DNA of 59,216 nt. Origin: a virus (taxonomy: Duplodnaviria > Caudoviricetes). Below are positions 16,355-25,668 of the stretch, one piece after another. The stretch's first letter is position 1; each line of letters begins with the position of its first letter. The position numbers were made by a program, and so were the translations under genes. The stretch is from positions 1-59,216 of IMG/VR virus record IMGVR_UViG_3300024040_000027; one strand, written 5' to 3'. The notes beneath the pieces are model-generated. The model was not told the origin of the DNA. It saw nothing but the letters and a program-made list of their open reading frames with translations, and did not search any database.

Positions 16355-16800
16355 ATTCCGACAGCGCTGGCAGACCGTACTGGGAATCAAACCGGGTGAA
16401 TGTCTGCTCGACCGGCCGGAGGTCGTGGAAACCGGATCGTCCGTCCCGGCGACGTTAAAGGCCGGGGCCAACACAGAAGCGGCGGCGTGGAAGGCAGTAG
16501 CGCGGTACACGCAAAAACTGGAAATAAGCCGGGATCGTAAACCGGGGAAGAAACGAGTCCACCCGCTTCCAGGTTCGTGCGGGTGGCTTGCGGGGCACGT
16601 CAGACAGTGCCATGCCGGGTTGGCGTCCGGCCCGCTTCTGTGTTGGTGAATGCGCAGGCTGATGCGCTAACTCGCAGGGCGCCGCTGCCTACTTCAACAG
16701 ATGGCAGGCCGTAGTGCAATTGATAACGGTGACCCACCCTGGAGACGCACATGCCGGAGATCAGCGCCGGCCACCGACACGACTCGCCGCCGTAAGCGGC
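16355..16800 (+). ncRNA. Array of structured, tRNA-like/kissing-loop RNA elements
   Basis: No credible ORF; 15-bp stem 16468-16482/16632-16646; stem 16640-16648/16772-16780; complementary loops GCTGAT/ATCAGC and GCAGAC/GTCTGC. Confidence 0.65.
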
Positions 16801-16918
16801 CAAAATTCCAATGGGAGAGATTCATGAATACTGTAAAACTCCGCGCAGCAGCACCGTCCACAGAACGCAGCACCGTTCTTGCTGCCTTGTGGGCGGCCGC
16901 CAACCGACTTCCGGCCGC

Positions 16919-17464
16919 ATGATTTCCCAAATTTTCATAGCCCTGTTTGGCGTCACGGCCGTGGCGCTTTCACAGTCCACCAGCGCAGAGCGCCGTCGCT
17001 GGGCGTCAGTTTTTGGCCTCGTCGGACAGCCATTCTGGTTTTACGCCGCATGGGAATCTCAGCAGTGGGGGATTTTCGCTCTCTGCTGCCTCTACACGCT
17101 GTCGTGGGGGAAGGGTTTTCACACAAGCTGGATCGCGGCTAAGGTGCCTGGCGACGACAAGCGGGAATCGATGGCCGGCGAGCAAGTCGCAGAAGTCGCC
17201 GGGCGCCTGATAGGCTACGCGGCATTCGGCCGAGCGGACGATGGATCCTTGGTCGCCTTATTGGATTATGCTGGCGCCACAGAAATGGATGTCGGGGCAA
17301 AAGTTGTAGCGCGCGCCCGTGGCGAGGGACGTAAAATCACATCAGCCGAGCGGCTGGCTGAACTGGAGTGGTCTATTTTCCCGCTGTACGCCGGCCCCAT
17401 GGAAGATGAGAGGTGCCGCAATGGATTACGATCAGCAGGAAGAAGCCTTGGCCGTGCTGCGTGA
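16919..17464 (+). CDS. Membrane protein (N-terminal TM domain)
   Basis: MISQIFIALFGVTAVAL...GLVGQPFWFYAAW..QQWGIF. Confidence 0.65.
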   Translation: MISQIFIALFGVTAVALSQSTSAERRRWASVFGLVGQPFWFYAAWESQQWGIFALCCLYTLSWGKGFHTSWIAAKVPGDDKRESMAGEQVAEVAGRLIGYAAFGRADDGSLVALLDYAGATEMDVGAKVVARARGEGRKITSAERLAELEWSIFPLYAGPMEDERCRNGLRSAGRSLGRAA

Positions 17465-17527
17465 TGTGGTCATGCAGAAAACTGAATCCCTGCTTGCCAG
17501 GATCGACGCGCTTTTGGCGCTGGATTC

Positions 17528-17713
17528 ATGAGGGGCGGGAATCGGGAAGGGGCTGGGCGCAAGCCGCTGCCGGCCGCGATCAAAAAAGCGGCGATCAGTC
17601 TGAAGCTGCCGCGCTGGCTCATTGACTGGATGGATGAACAGGAGCAGAGCCGCGCAGTGCTGATTGAAGAGGCGCTGCGCAAGGCCCACAAAATCAAGCC
17701 GCCGACCGATTGA
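17528..17713 (+). CDS. Small ribbon-helix-helix DNA-binding protein
   Basis: RGGNREGAGRKP...ISLKLPRWLIDWMD...SRAVLIEEAL. Confidence 0.8.
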   Translation: MRGGNREGAGRKPLPAAIKKAAISLKLPRWLIDWMDEQEQSRAVLIEEALRKAHKIKPPTD

Positions 17714-17826
17714 AAATTTAACGCAAAACGGTATCAAGTTTTTCCGTTGCCGCACCTACAATCGCCTCAATTACAACTGGGGGGTTGTCTATGCGATCAA
17801 AATCAGGGCAAAGATCGGAAGGCGGC

Positions 17827-18279
17827 ATGAGCGCCAAAGAGATCGATGCCTACTGCCATTTCTGGGCGATGTGGTGCCGGACTCGCCGCTTCTACATCCG
17901 GCCTGCGCCCCAAAACATTTTGGCGCGCATGCAGCCGTCGAAGTCCAGCGAGCCGCCGGACGCTCGAAATTATCCTGACATTCAGTATTTCAACATGGCG
18001 ATCCACGCCCTGGCCGACATGCCGAAGTACGCGGCGTCTGCCAAGTCTTTCATGCGCTACTACGGCGCTACCGGCAGCGATGGCCAGGAGCTGATCAAGC
18101 AGATGGCGCATGGCCTCGGGATCTCGCGCCAGACTCTGCACGCGCACTACGTCCAGTTCGGCCGGGCCGCTTATGCGATGAGCCTGTCCCTCAAGGCGGC
18201 CAGCGAGGCCGCGACATCCATCCTGGAGCGCGATGCCGAAGGCCGGGGCGCGGCCGAGGCGGAGGCGGAGGCGTCATGA
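17827..18279 (+). CDS. Putative late-gene regulator (Q-like position, C-terminal HTH)
   Basis: IKQMAHGLGISRQTL HTH; located before the late operon. Confidence 0.65.
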   Translation: MSAKEIDAYCHFWAMWCRTRRFYIRPAPQNILARMQPSKSSEPPDARNYPDIQYFNMAIHALADMPKYAASAKSFMRYYGATGSDGQELIKQMAHGLGISRQTLHAHYVQFGRAAYAMSLSLKAASEAATSILERDAEGRGAAEAEAEAS

Positions 18280-18482
18280 CGGACAAGGAGCGCATTGCGC
18301 AGCTTGAGCGCGCGCTTGCCTACGCCATTGACGAGGCTGATGGGTGGCATGATGACTGCTGTGGCGGGAAGATCAACACGCCTGAGATGGATGCGGCGCG
18401 CAAGCTGCTGCCGTCCACCAAAAACACTCGCCTCACGAGGAAGCCCCGAGCAAGGGGCTTCCATGCCCCTTCGATGGCATGA
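18276..18482 (+). CDS. Hypothetical protein
   Basis: ATGA overlap, GGAGG RBS. Confidence 0.45.
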   Translation: MTDKERIAQLERALAYAIDEADGWHDDCCGGKINTPEMDAARKLLPSTKNTRLTRKPRARGFHAPSMA

Positions 18483-18730
18483 AAGTTGACGTAATGAATT
18501 CCAGTTGGCCGATGGCGGCAAAATCTGTGATGACGAAGGCCGAGCAAACCCGGCTCCGGGATCGCGATCGGATGCGACGCCGGCGCGCGGAAATGGCCGA
18601 AGAGGTCGCGATGCTGCGCCAGAGGCAGAAGATCAGGCTTGACCAAGAGAATGGCCGAGCCGCCGCCGCGATGCGGGAGGAAATGGAGGGGTTGCGCAAT
18701 GCGATGGAATCCAGCCCCGAGTCGAGGTAA
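18479..18730 (+). CDS. Hypothetical basic helical protein
   Basis: ORF track. Confidence 0.45.
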   Translation: MKVDVMNSSWPMAAKSVMTKAEQTRLRDRDRMRRRRAEMAEEVAMLRQRQKIRLDQENGRAAAAMREEMEGLRNAMESSPESR

Positions 18731-18854
18731 GGCAAACGCTTTACCATTTAATTCCCGAGCGCGGCGAAACACGTATAAGATTCGTGTTCAATTAGCTAGT
18801 CTGAAAAATTGTCACTTCAAAATCAGACTGTAGTCGGAAGGGTTCGCGGGCTGA

Positions 18855-19006
18855 GTCATCAGGCGAGCCGACCTCGGCCCCGGTATCAATGATCCGGGGC
18901 GCCGAAAGGTAGAGGCGGCTCGCCTGATGGCGAATGCGCGGACTGACGCGCCCAGCGCTTGGGCTGGTGGCACAGGGCCAAAAACCAAGCTGACACCGAC
19001 GCCATC
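18855..19006 (+). ncRNA. Structured RNA in late leader region
   Basis: 14-bp stem 18857-18870/18916-18929 enclosing two hairpins; second stem GATGGCG/CGCCATC with a GAATGCGC..CTGA.GCGC hairpin like that at 16648. Confidence 0.55.
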
Positions 19007-19014
19007 GTAGATTC

Positions 19015-19045
19015 AAGCCTCGCTATATGCGGGGCTTTTTGTTTT
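19015..19045 (+). terminator. Intrinsic terminator (tR'-like)
   Basis: AAGCCTCGC-TATAT-GCGGGGCTTTTTGTTTT. Confidence 0.75.
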
Positions 19046-19166
19046 CCGGGCAGCGCCACGCGAACGCATGGCGCGCCTCATTCCGTGTCTCCCCTCAGTA
19101 GCCGAGCAATTGGCTGCTTTTGGCCTTGCCGCTTCACTGCGGTGGGGCTTTTTTATATCCGGCGCT

Positions 19167-19376
19167 ATGACCGAGACGTTCCTTTGCCACACATGCCGGA
19201 TGCACAAGCCCGCGTCATGCGCAACGCCACTTCCGAATTCCACCCGTGGATTTCGTCAGTGCGGCTCTTGTGCGGAGAAGGCGGCGCGCAACGCGAACAG
19301 CGGCAGGAATGCCAAGAGAAACAGCCAGGCGACTCGCCGTCTGCGCGGGAACGTGGCTCGTACATCAGGGCGTTGA
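19167..19376 (+). CDS. Small Zn-finger protein
   Basis: CHTC...CGSC. Confidence 0.5.
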   Translation: MTETFLCHTCRMHKPASCATPLPNSTRGFRQCGSCAEKAARNANSGRNAKRNSQATRRLRGNVARTSGR

Positions 19377-19474
19377 ACCTTGGAGGCTCGTTGTGAGCGC
19401 CTTTGCCATGTGGCTTTGCTGGTGGGGCATGTTCCTGCCGGCACCAAGCCAAAACCACAAAACAGGGAGTGATC

Positions 19475-19693
19475 ATGGATCAGAACCAGCAGCAGGATAG
19501 CGGCGCGCAGCCGGCCGGGCCGGGAATGAGCGAATTGGCTGCTTTGGCCGCCTATGTGCGCGAGAACAACATCAAGCCTCGCACGATCATGACGAAGTCG
19601 CAGGCCAAGCGCATGACCGCGCAGGATCCGAGTGGTTACAAGTGGCGGGTGGGCGAGCGCTACATCAACGTGTACTCCCAGCGGGCCAAGTGA
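19475..19693 (+). CDS. Hypothetical protein
   Basis: GGGAG RBS; MDQNQQQDSG... Confidence 0.6.
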   Translation: MDQNQQQDSGAQPAGPGMSELAALAAYVRENNIKPRTIMTKSQAKRMTAQDPSGYKWRVGERYINVYSQRAK

Positions 19694-19745
19694 CCTTGGC
19701 CATAGACGGGATAGCCATCATTTACGCAGGGACGTTTGTTGCATC

Positions 19746-20366
19746 ATGACCAAGGAGAAAAAGCCAGTTGTCGATTGGGATGCAATCGAACTGGATTACC
19801 GCGCCGGGATTAAGTCCCTTCGGGCGATGGCTGATGAGTACGGCGTTTCAAATGGCCGGATTGCGCAGGTGGCCAAAAAGAACCAGTGGCCCCGCGACCT
19901 TCAGGCCAAGATCGAGCAGAAGGCAAAAGAGAAGCTAAGCAAGGCGGCACTAAGCGATGAACTAAGCGCGGCTAAGCATGTTTCTGAGGCGGCTGTTGTT
20001 GAGGCCGGCGCAACGGCAATTGTCAGCGTCCAGCTCGGGCATCGTAGAGATATCCAGCGCGGACACAGGGTCGTAATGAAGCTGCTGGACGAGCTGGAAT
20101 TCCAGACCGACAACCTGGAACTTCTGGAGCAGCTACGCGAACTGATGTTCTCGCCAGACGATAAGGGCATCGACAAGCGCGACGAGTTGTTCCGCAAGGT
20201 TATTTCGCTGAGCAGTCGGTCCAGCATCGCAAAGACGCTGACCGATGCACTCAAGTCGACGATTGCCCTTGAGCGTGAAGCCTTCGGGATCGACGGTGGG
20301 AAGAATGACGCGGATACCGGCATTGAATCGGTGATTAAGCGCGTCATGGCAAAGAATGGCGAGTAG
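19746..20366 (+). CDS. terS: Terminase small subunit
   Basis: DWDAIELDYRAGIKSLRAMADEYGVS...W.RDL HTH, LEREAFGID; upstream of terL. Confidence 0.85.
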   Translation: MTKEKKPVVDWDAIELDYRAGIKSLRAMADEYGVSNGRIAQVAKKNQWPRDLQAKIEQKAKEKLSKAALSDELSAAKHVSEAAVVEAGATAIVSVQLGHRRDIQRGHRVVMKLLDELEFQTDNLELLEQLRELMFSPDDKGIDKRDELFRKVISLSSRSSIAKTLTDALKSTIALEREAFGIDGGKNDADTGIESVIKRVMAKNGE

Positions 20367-21876
20367 CGATGAGGTGAAAGCCGATGTCGTTGAGAAGCTG
20401 CGCAACGACATGATGCTGCACGCGGAAACGTGCATGTCGATTCTGGACAAGAACGGCCGCACGGTTCCGCTGATTTTCAATCGGGCGCAGGATTACATCC
20501 ACGCGCGCATTGAAAAGCAGCTTGCCGAGACGGGAAAGGTCCGGGCGATCATTCTGAAGGGGCGCCAGCAGGGGGCCTCGACGTATATCGCGGCGCGCTT
20601 CTATCATCGCGTCTCGATGAATTTTGGCCTTGGCGCGTTCATCGTTGCGCACGAACAGAAGGCGACCGACAACCTGTTCAACATGGTTAAGCGGTATCAC
20701 GAGCACAACCCGCTCGCGCCGTCGACCAGTGCGACCAACGCCAAGGAACTGAAGTTCAACGTCCTGGACAGCGGCTACAAGCTGGCGACGGCCGGGACAA
20801 AGGATGTCGGGCGCTCGAATACGGCGCAGCTGCTGCACGGCTCGGAATTTGGATTTTGGGACAACCCTGAAATGCACTTTGCCGGGCTTGGCAACACGAT
20901 TTCGGACAATCCGGGCACGGAAATCATCCTGGAATCGACGGCCAACGGCATCGGCAACAAGTTTCACAAGCTCTGGCAGGACGCGGAGGCGGGGATCGGT
21001 GAGTACATCGCCATTTTCGTGCCTTGGTTCTGGCAGGACGAATACCGGTCGGCTGTCCCCCGCGATTTTGAGCTATCGCAGGACGATCGCCGGTACATGG
21101 AAGCCTATGGGCTGGATTTGGCGCAGATGGCTTGGCGCCGGAACAAGATCCAGACCTACGGCGCGGGCTTCGAATGGCTGTTCGACCAGGAATATCCGGC
21201 GACGCCGGCCCTGGCCTTCCGTTCGGCGACCGCTGATCCGCTGATCAATCCGACTACGGTAATGGCGGCAGTGAACAGCCAGTACCGCGAAAAGACCGGC
21301 GCATTCATCATCGCCTGCGATCCTGCCGAGTACGGCGCGGACCGGACGGCGATTGCGTTCCGTCACGGCCGCACGGTGTTCCGGATCGAGTATCACGAGA
21401 AAAAAGGCCCGATGGAAGTTGCCGGCCTCATGGCGGCGTATTGGGCTGAGTTCCAGCCGGACGCGATGATGATCGACAAGATCGGTATCGGGTCCGGGAT
21501 TCATGACCGGCTCAGAGAACTGAATATCCCTTCAATCGGGGTGAACAGCGCGGTCAGGGCCGAGCGCCACGATCTGTACCACAACAAGCGTGCGGAAATG
21601 TGGTGGCGGATGAAGGCTTGGCTGGAGGATGCTCCGAATCGGCTGCCGAACGATTCGGCGCTGGTGGCCGACCTGTCGGCTCCAGGCTACAAATATGCGT
21701 CGAATGGCACGCGGCTGGTGGAGTCGAAGGACGATATGCGGGCGCGCGGCGTGCGTTCTCCGGATGGCGCTGATGCGATCGCGCTGACGTTCGCGGAGAA
21801 CGTGGCGTCAAAGCAGGTGCGCGAGGATTCCGCGAGCAGTAGCTCCGGCCGGGCCGCATCGAGAGCAGGATATTAA
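20356..21876 (+). CDS. terL: Terminase large subunit
   Basis: ILKGRQQGAST, LHGSEFGFW, ESTANG, CDPA..GADRT, SPDGADA. Confidence 0.95.
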   Translation: MASSDEVKADVVEKLRNDMMLHAETCMSILDKNGRTVPLIFNRAQDYIHARIEKQLAETGKVRAIILKGRQQGASTYIAARFYHRVSMNFGLGAFIVAHEQKATDNLFNMVKRYHEHNPLAPSTSATNAKELKFNVLDSGYKLATAGTKDVGRSNTAQLLHGSEFGFWDNPEMHFAGLGNTISDNPGTEIILESTANGIGNKFHKLWQDAEAGIGEYIAIFVPWFWQDEYRSAVPRDFELSQDDRRYMEAYGLDLAQMAWRRNKIQTYGAGFEWLFDQEYPATPALAFRSATADPLINPTTVMAAVNSQYREKTGAFIIACDPAEYGADRTAIAFRHGRTVFRIEYHEKKGPMEVAGLMAAYWAEFQPDAMMIDKIGIGSGIHDRLRELNIPSIGVNSAVRAERHDLYHNKRAEMWWRMKAWLEDAPNRLPNDSALVADLSAPGYKYASNGTRLVESKDDMRARGVRSPDGADAIALTFAENVASKQVREDSASSSSGRAASRAGY

Positions 21877-21888
21877 ACAGAGCATCGA

Positions 21889-21911
21889 AGCCCCTTTGAA
21901 GGGGATTTTTT
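21889..21911 (+). terminator. Weak terminator-like hairpin after terL
   Basis: CCCCTT-TG-AAGGGG followed by a T run. Confidence 0.4.
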
Positions 21912-21924
21912 ATTGGGCGAATCA

Positions 21925-24213
21925 ATGACACAAGCTGACGGATCAAGCGCCGCTGAGCAGGAATATGCCCAGGCCGCCAGCGTTGCCATGAACACCGACA
22001 ATCCGCGCGAGTATGTGGCTGTCGATTCGCTGGGTCCGGTATTGCTGGCCGAGTTTGCCCGTGCAGAGATCGACCGCCAGCAGACAGAACAGCGGTGGCT
22101 CCAGGATCTGCGCCAGTATCGTGGCGTCTATGACCCCGAGGTCGAGGCGCGTATTGGCCCGAATCGCTCCAAGGCGTTCGTGCGCTCGACGCGCGTCAAG
22201 GTCAAGACGGTCGATGCGCGGGTGACGGATTTGCTGTTCCCGGCAAATTCTGACCGCAATTGGAGTGCCGAGCCGACTCCGGTGCCATCGCTGGACCGCG
22301 ATACCAGGCTTGAGATTGTCAGGGCGCTGCAAAATGGCCTGCAGCGGCAGCCGACGAAGTTTGAAATCGACGCCGCAGTCAAGAAGGTGGTGAAGGCGGC
22401 GGCGAGCAAGATGACTCAGATCATCGACGATCAGCTTGTCGAGTCGCGCTACAAGGAATCGGCGCGCAAGGTCATCCACTCCGGGAATCTGTACGGCACC
22501 GGGATTCTGAAAGCGCCGCTCGTCGAACGCAAGACGCGGCAGAAGTTCGTTTTCGAGGGCGGGAAGTGGGTGATGAAAACGGAATCCTACGTGGTTCCGT
22601 TCGTCGATTACGTGCCGCTCTGGCGCTTCTACCCGGATATGTCGGCGACCGAGCTTTCGGAATGCCGCTATGTTTTCGAGTTGCACCTGATGACGCAGGC
22701 CAAGATGGTCGAACTGGCCGCCCGCAAGTCGTTTGATGGCGAGAAGATCAAGGCCTATATCTTGTCCCACCCGCAGGGCGAGCGGGCAACGCGCCAATTT
22801 GATTCGGAGTTGCGCCAGATCGGCGAGCGCCAGACGGCAAACGTCAAGGATACCGGGCAGTACGAGGTTCTGGAACGCTGGGGCTGGCTCAGCGGCGAGC
22901 AGCTGTCGTATGTCGGCGTCACGGTTCCCGATGGACGGATGCACGAGACGTTTTTCTCCAACGTCTGGATGCTGCCTAACGGCGAAGTGATCAAGGCGGT
23001 GCTACAGCCGATCAACGGCGTGACCTGGCCGTACCACCTGTATTACTTCGACAAGGACGAGACCAGCATTTTCGGCGACGGCCTGGCTTCGATCATGCGC
23101 GATGACCAGACCATGATCAATGCCGCAGTCCGGATGGTTCTGGACAATGCCGCGCTGACCGCTGGCCCGCAGTTTGAGGCCAACATGAAATTGCTGTCAG
23201 CGGCGGAAAAGGCCGATGACATGTACCCGTTCAAGATTTGGAAACGCAACGGCGAAGACCCGAATTCTCCGGCCATCCGGGTGCTCGACGTGCCGAATGG
23301 CCTGGAAGAGTTGATGCCGATCATCAACATGTTCAAGGAAAACGCCGATGACGTGACGGCGATTCCCCGGTACATGCACGGCGAGAACGCGACTCAGGGC
23401 GCGGCCGGCACTGCATCCGGCATGTCGATGCTGATGGCATCTGCATCAATCGTGATGAAGGATCTGATTACCAGCTACGACGAGGGCGTGACGCAGGGAT
23501 TCATCGAATCGCTGTACCGCTGGAATATGCAGTTCAACCCGGACAACGATTGCAAGGGTGATTTCGACATCAAGGCGCGTGGCACCGCATCGCTGATGGC
23601 CAAGGAGGTCCGAGCGCAGCAATTGGACCAATTCGCGGCGTCTACTGCCAACCCGGAAGATGCTCCCTACGTCAAGCGCGAAGAACTGCTGCGCCAGCGC
23701 GCCGAGGCCCACGATCTGACGAACATCATCAAGACCGAGGAAGAGGTCGAGGCAGAGCAGAACGACCAAGCGGCCCAGCAGCAGGCGAAGATGATGCAGA
23801 AAATGCAGGAACTCGAAATGCGGCTCCGCGCGGCTGAACTGGACAAGTTGAACGGTGAAATCTCCGTGCTGACGGCAAAGGTCGAGCAAATCCACGCGCT
23901 TACCGTCAAGACCAATGTCGATTCCGCTTATGCCGGCATGCAGGCGGGCGGCGTCGCTACCGAGCGGCCTGAAATTGCGCCGGCCGGCGATGCGATTCTG
24001 AAGTCGGCCGGATTGAAAGATCACACGCCGGCAGAGGGCAGTGTTCCAGCCGGAACGCCGCTTGCGCCGAACGACATTCCGCCGACGCCGCAGCAGGGGC
24101 AGATGCCGCCAGCAGCCGATACCGCTAACCCGCAGGGCGCTGCAGTTGGCGCCAATGTCGGGCAGCAGGTTGGAGAGCATGCCGGGATCCAGACACCGGA
24201 GATCGAGGCATGA
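21925..24213 (+). CDS. Portal protein (podovirus type)
   Basis: Position after terL; LYGTGILK, GAAGTASGMSML, C-terminal coiled coil. Confidence 0.9.
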   Translation: MTQADGSSAAEQEYAQAASVAMNTDNPREYVAVDSLGPVLLAEFARAEIDRQQTEQRWLQDLRQYRGVYDPEVEARIGPNRSKAFVRSTRVKVKTVDARVTDLLFPANSDRNWSAEPTPVPSLDRDTRLEIVRALQNGLQRQPTKFEIDAAVKKVVKAAASKMTQIIDDQLVESRYKESARKVIHSGNLYGTGILKAPLVERKTRQKFVFEGGKWVMKTESYVVPFVDYVPLWRFYPDMSATELSECRYVFELHLMTQAKMVELAARKSFDGEKIKAYILSHPQGERATRQFDSELRQIGERQTANVKDTGQYEVLERWGWLSGEQLSYVGVTVPDGRMHETFFSNVWMLPNGEVIKAVLQPINGVTWPYHLYYFDKDETSIFGDGLASIMRDDQTMINAAVRMVLDNAALTAGPQFEANMKLLSAAEKADDMYPFKIWKRNGEDPNSPAIRVLDVPNGLEELMPIINMFKENADDVTAIPRYMHGENATQGAAGTASGMSMLMASASIVMKDLITSYDEGVTQGFIESLYRWNMQFNPDNDCKGDFDIKARGTASLMAKEVRAQQLDQFAASTANPEDAPYVKREELLRQRAEAHDLTNIIKTEEEVEAEQNDQAAQQQAKMMQKMQELEMRLRAAELDKLNGEISVLTAKVEQIHALTVKTNVDSAYAGMQAGGVATERPEIAPAGDAILKSAGLKDHTPAEGSVPAGTPLAPNDIPPTPQQGQMPPAADTANPQGAAVGANVGQQVGEHAGIQTPEIEA

Positions 24214-24455
24214 AGAATCCTGAGCAGCTGCGGGCGGAGCTGACGACGGGTGTTTCGGAACTGCTGATGTTCCGCAACAGCGACCAAATGCGGCAGTGGA
24301 TCTCGGTTTTTGATTCATTGATCGCCAGTTATCACCAAGACCTGATGACGGTGACTCCGGAGAACCTTCAGAAAAAGCAGGGAGCATTGCAGCAGATCGT
24401 GGCTCTGCGCCGCCTACTGTGCGAAAACAGTATCGACATACCGATCAGGATTTAA
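24210..24455 (+). CDS. Small head-associated hypothetical protein
   Basis: ATGA overlap; QG motif typical of post-portal genes. Confidence 0.7.
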   Translation: MKNPEQLRAELTTGVSELLMFRNSDQMRQWISVFDSLIASYHQDLMTVTPENLQKKQGALQQIVALRRLLCENSIDIPIRI

Positions 24456-24471
24456 AGAATCATCCGCCAAG

Positions 24472-24497
24472 AAAGCCGCCTAGCGCGGCTTTTTTTG
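24472..24497 (+). terminator. Intrinsic terminator
   Basis: AAGCCGC-CTAGC-GCGGCTTTTTTT. Confidence 0.7.
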
Positions 24498-24562
24498 CGC
24501 CCAGTTTCAAGCCGATGCCGGATTCCCCGGCTTTTACTACCAAGCCAACAGGAGCACACGCA

Positions 24563-25414
24563 ATGGCAACCAGCGATCAGGAAATGAAGGACGGGCAGGC
24601 CGAGTTCGAGGACGAATTCAACGCGTCGGACAAGGTGAAGCCAGAACAAACCGAAGATGAGGCGTTCGGCCTGACGCCGGAACCCGAGGCAGGTGCCGCC
24701 GCCGCTGCTACCGCACCGGCGGATGAGGCAGCGGCCACTGGTGCGGCTGGCGTCGATGCGGCTGCCGCAGCAGCGGCGGCAGTCGATGCGGCCAAGGAAG
24801 AACAGCGCCTGCGTTCCTGGGAAGGTCGGCTGAAGGCCAAGGAGGCCGAGTTGGCCGCGAGGGAGGCGGCAGCCGATACCACCAACGTCGGAGAGCAGCA
24901 GGCCAGCGAAGAGGCCGGCGAAACGTCTGGCGAAGAAGCTGCCGAGCAGGACGATCCGGGCAAGGCGCTGGCGGAGGATTTTGGTGAGGACTTCGTTGAT
25001 CTGCTGAAAAAGCTGATCAGCAAGATTTGCGCGGATACCGTTGGCAGCGGCGTCGGCAACGTCGAGGCGACGGTCAATCAGGTGATCGAAGAACTGCGCA
25101 TCGAGCGCCAGGAAAACCACTTCAAGCGCATCGCCGAAGCGCACGAGGATTTTCTGGAGATCGTCGATTCCCCGGAGTTTGCCGCATGGATGGCGGCGCT
25201 GACTGCCGATGAGCAGGCGGCGAATGCGGCCATCATCGAGTCCGGCAGCGCCCAGCAGATCATCGACATGCTGACCAAGTTCAAGCAGTCGAAGGAAATC
25301 GGCGATGACGGCGCGCTCGATGGCGCTGAGGGCGTCCGCTCGACCGGCATGAAGCTGCCGCCTCCGGCAAAAGATGGCAACGACGACTACGCCGCCGCCT
25401 GGAACGAATCGTAA
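24563..25414 (+). CDS. Capsid scaffolding protein
   Basis: Acidic, Ala-rich coiled coil between portal and capsid genes. Confidence 0.8.
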   Translation: MATSDQEMKDGQAEFEDEFNASDKVKPEQTEDEAFGLTPEPEAGAAAAATAPADEAAATGAAGVDAAAAAAAAVDAAKEEQRLRSWEGRLKAKEAELAAREAAADTTNVGEQQASEEAGETSGEEAAEQDDPGKALAEDFGEDFVDLLKKLISKICADTVGSGVGNVEATVNQVIEELRIERQENHFKRIAEAHEDFLEIVDSPEFAAWMAALTADEQAANAAIIESGSAQQIIDMLTKFKQSKEIGDDGALDGAEGVRSTGMKLPPPAKDGNDDYAAAWNES

Positions 25415-25668
25415 GAAGTAGGACTGTGCCGGCGCAGAGCACCGGAAACGCTGCTGTTGGCGACTCAACAGGACCACAGAACAACGGCCAGCGGCCGGAC
25501 ACATGGATTGCGATACGCCTCACAGCGCCGCAACGAATCCGTGCGCCCCAAGCCAAGGCCGTTTGTTTATGGCACGCGCAAGGACAGGTTTGTGCCCCCT
25601 TGAGTGATTGCCGAATCGACTGTCGGTGAATTTTCGATTTTGCTCCCATTCTCTTTAAGGAAACACTC

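Noticed and set aside
16468-16780. Canonical tRNA genes
   Set aside because: No standard anticodon arm or TTCGA T-loop, and inserts too long; reported only as tRNA-like
21888-21901. AAGCCCCTTTGAAG identical to part of the origin iteron array
   Set aside because: Single copy forming a terminator-like hairpin; probably coincidence
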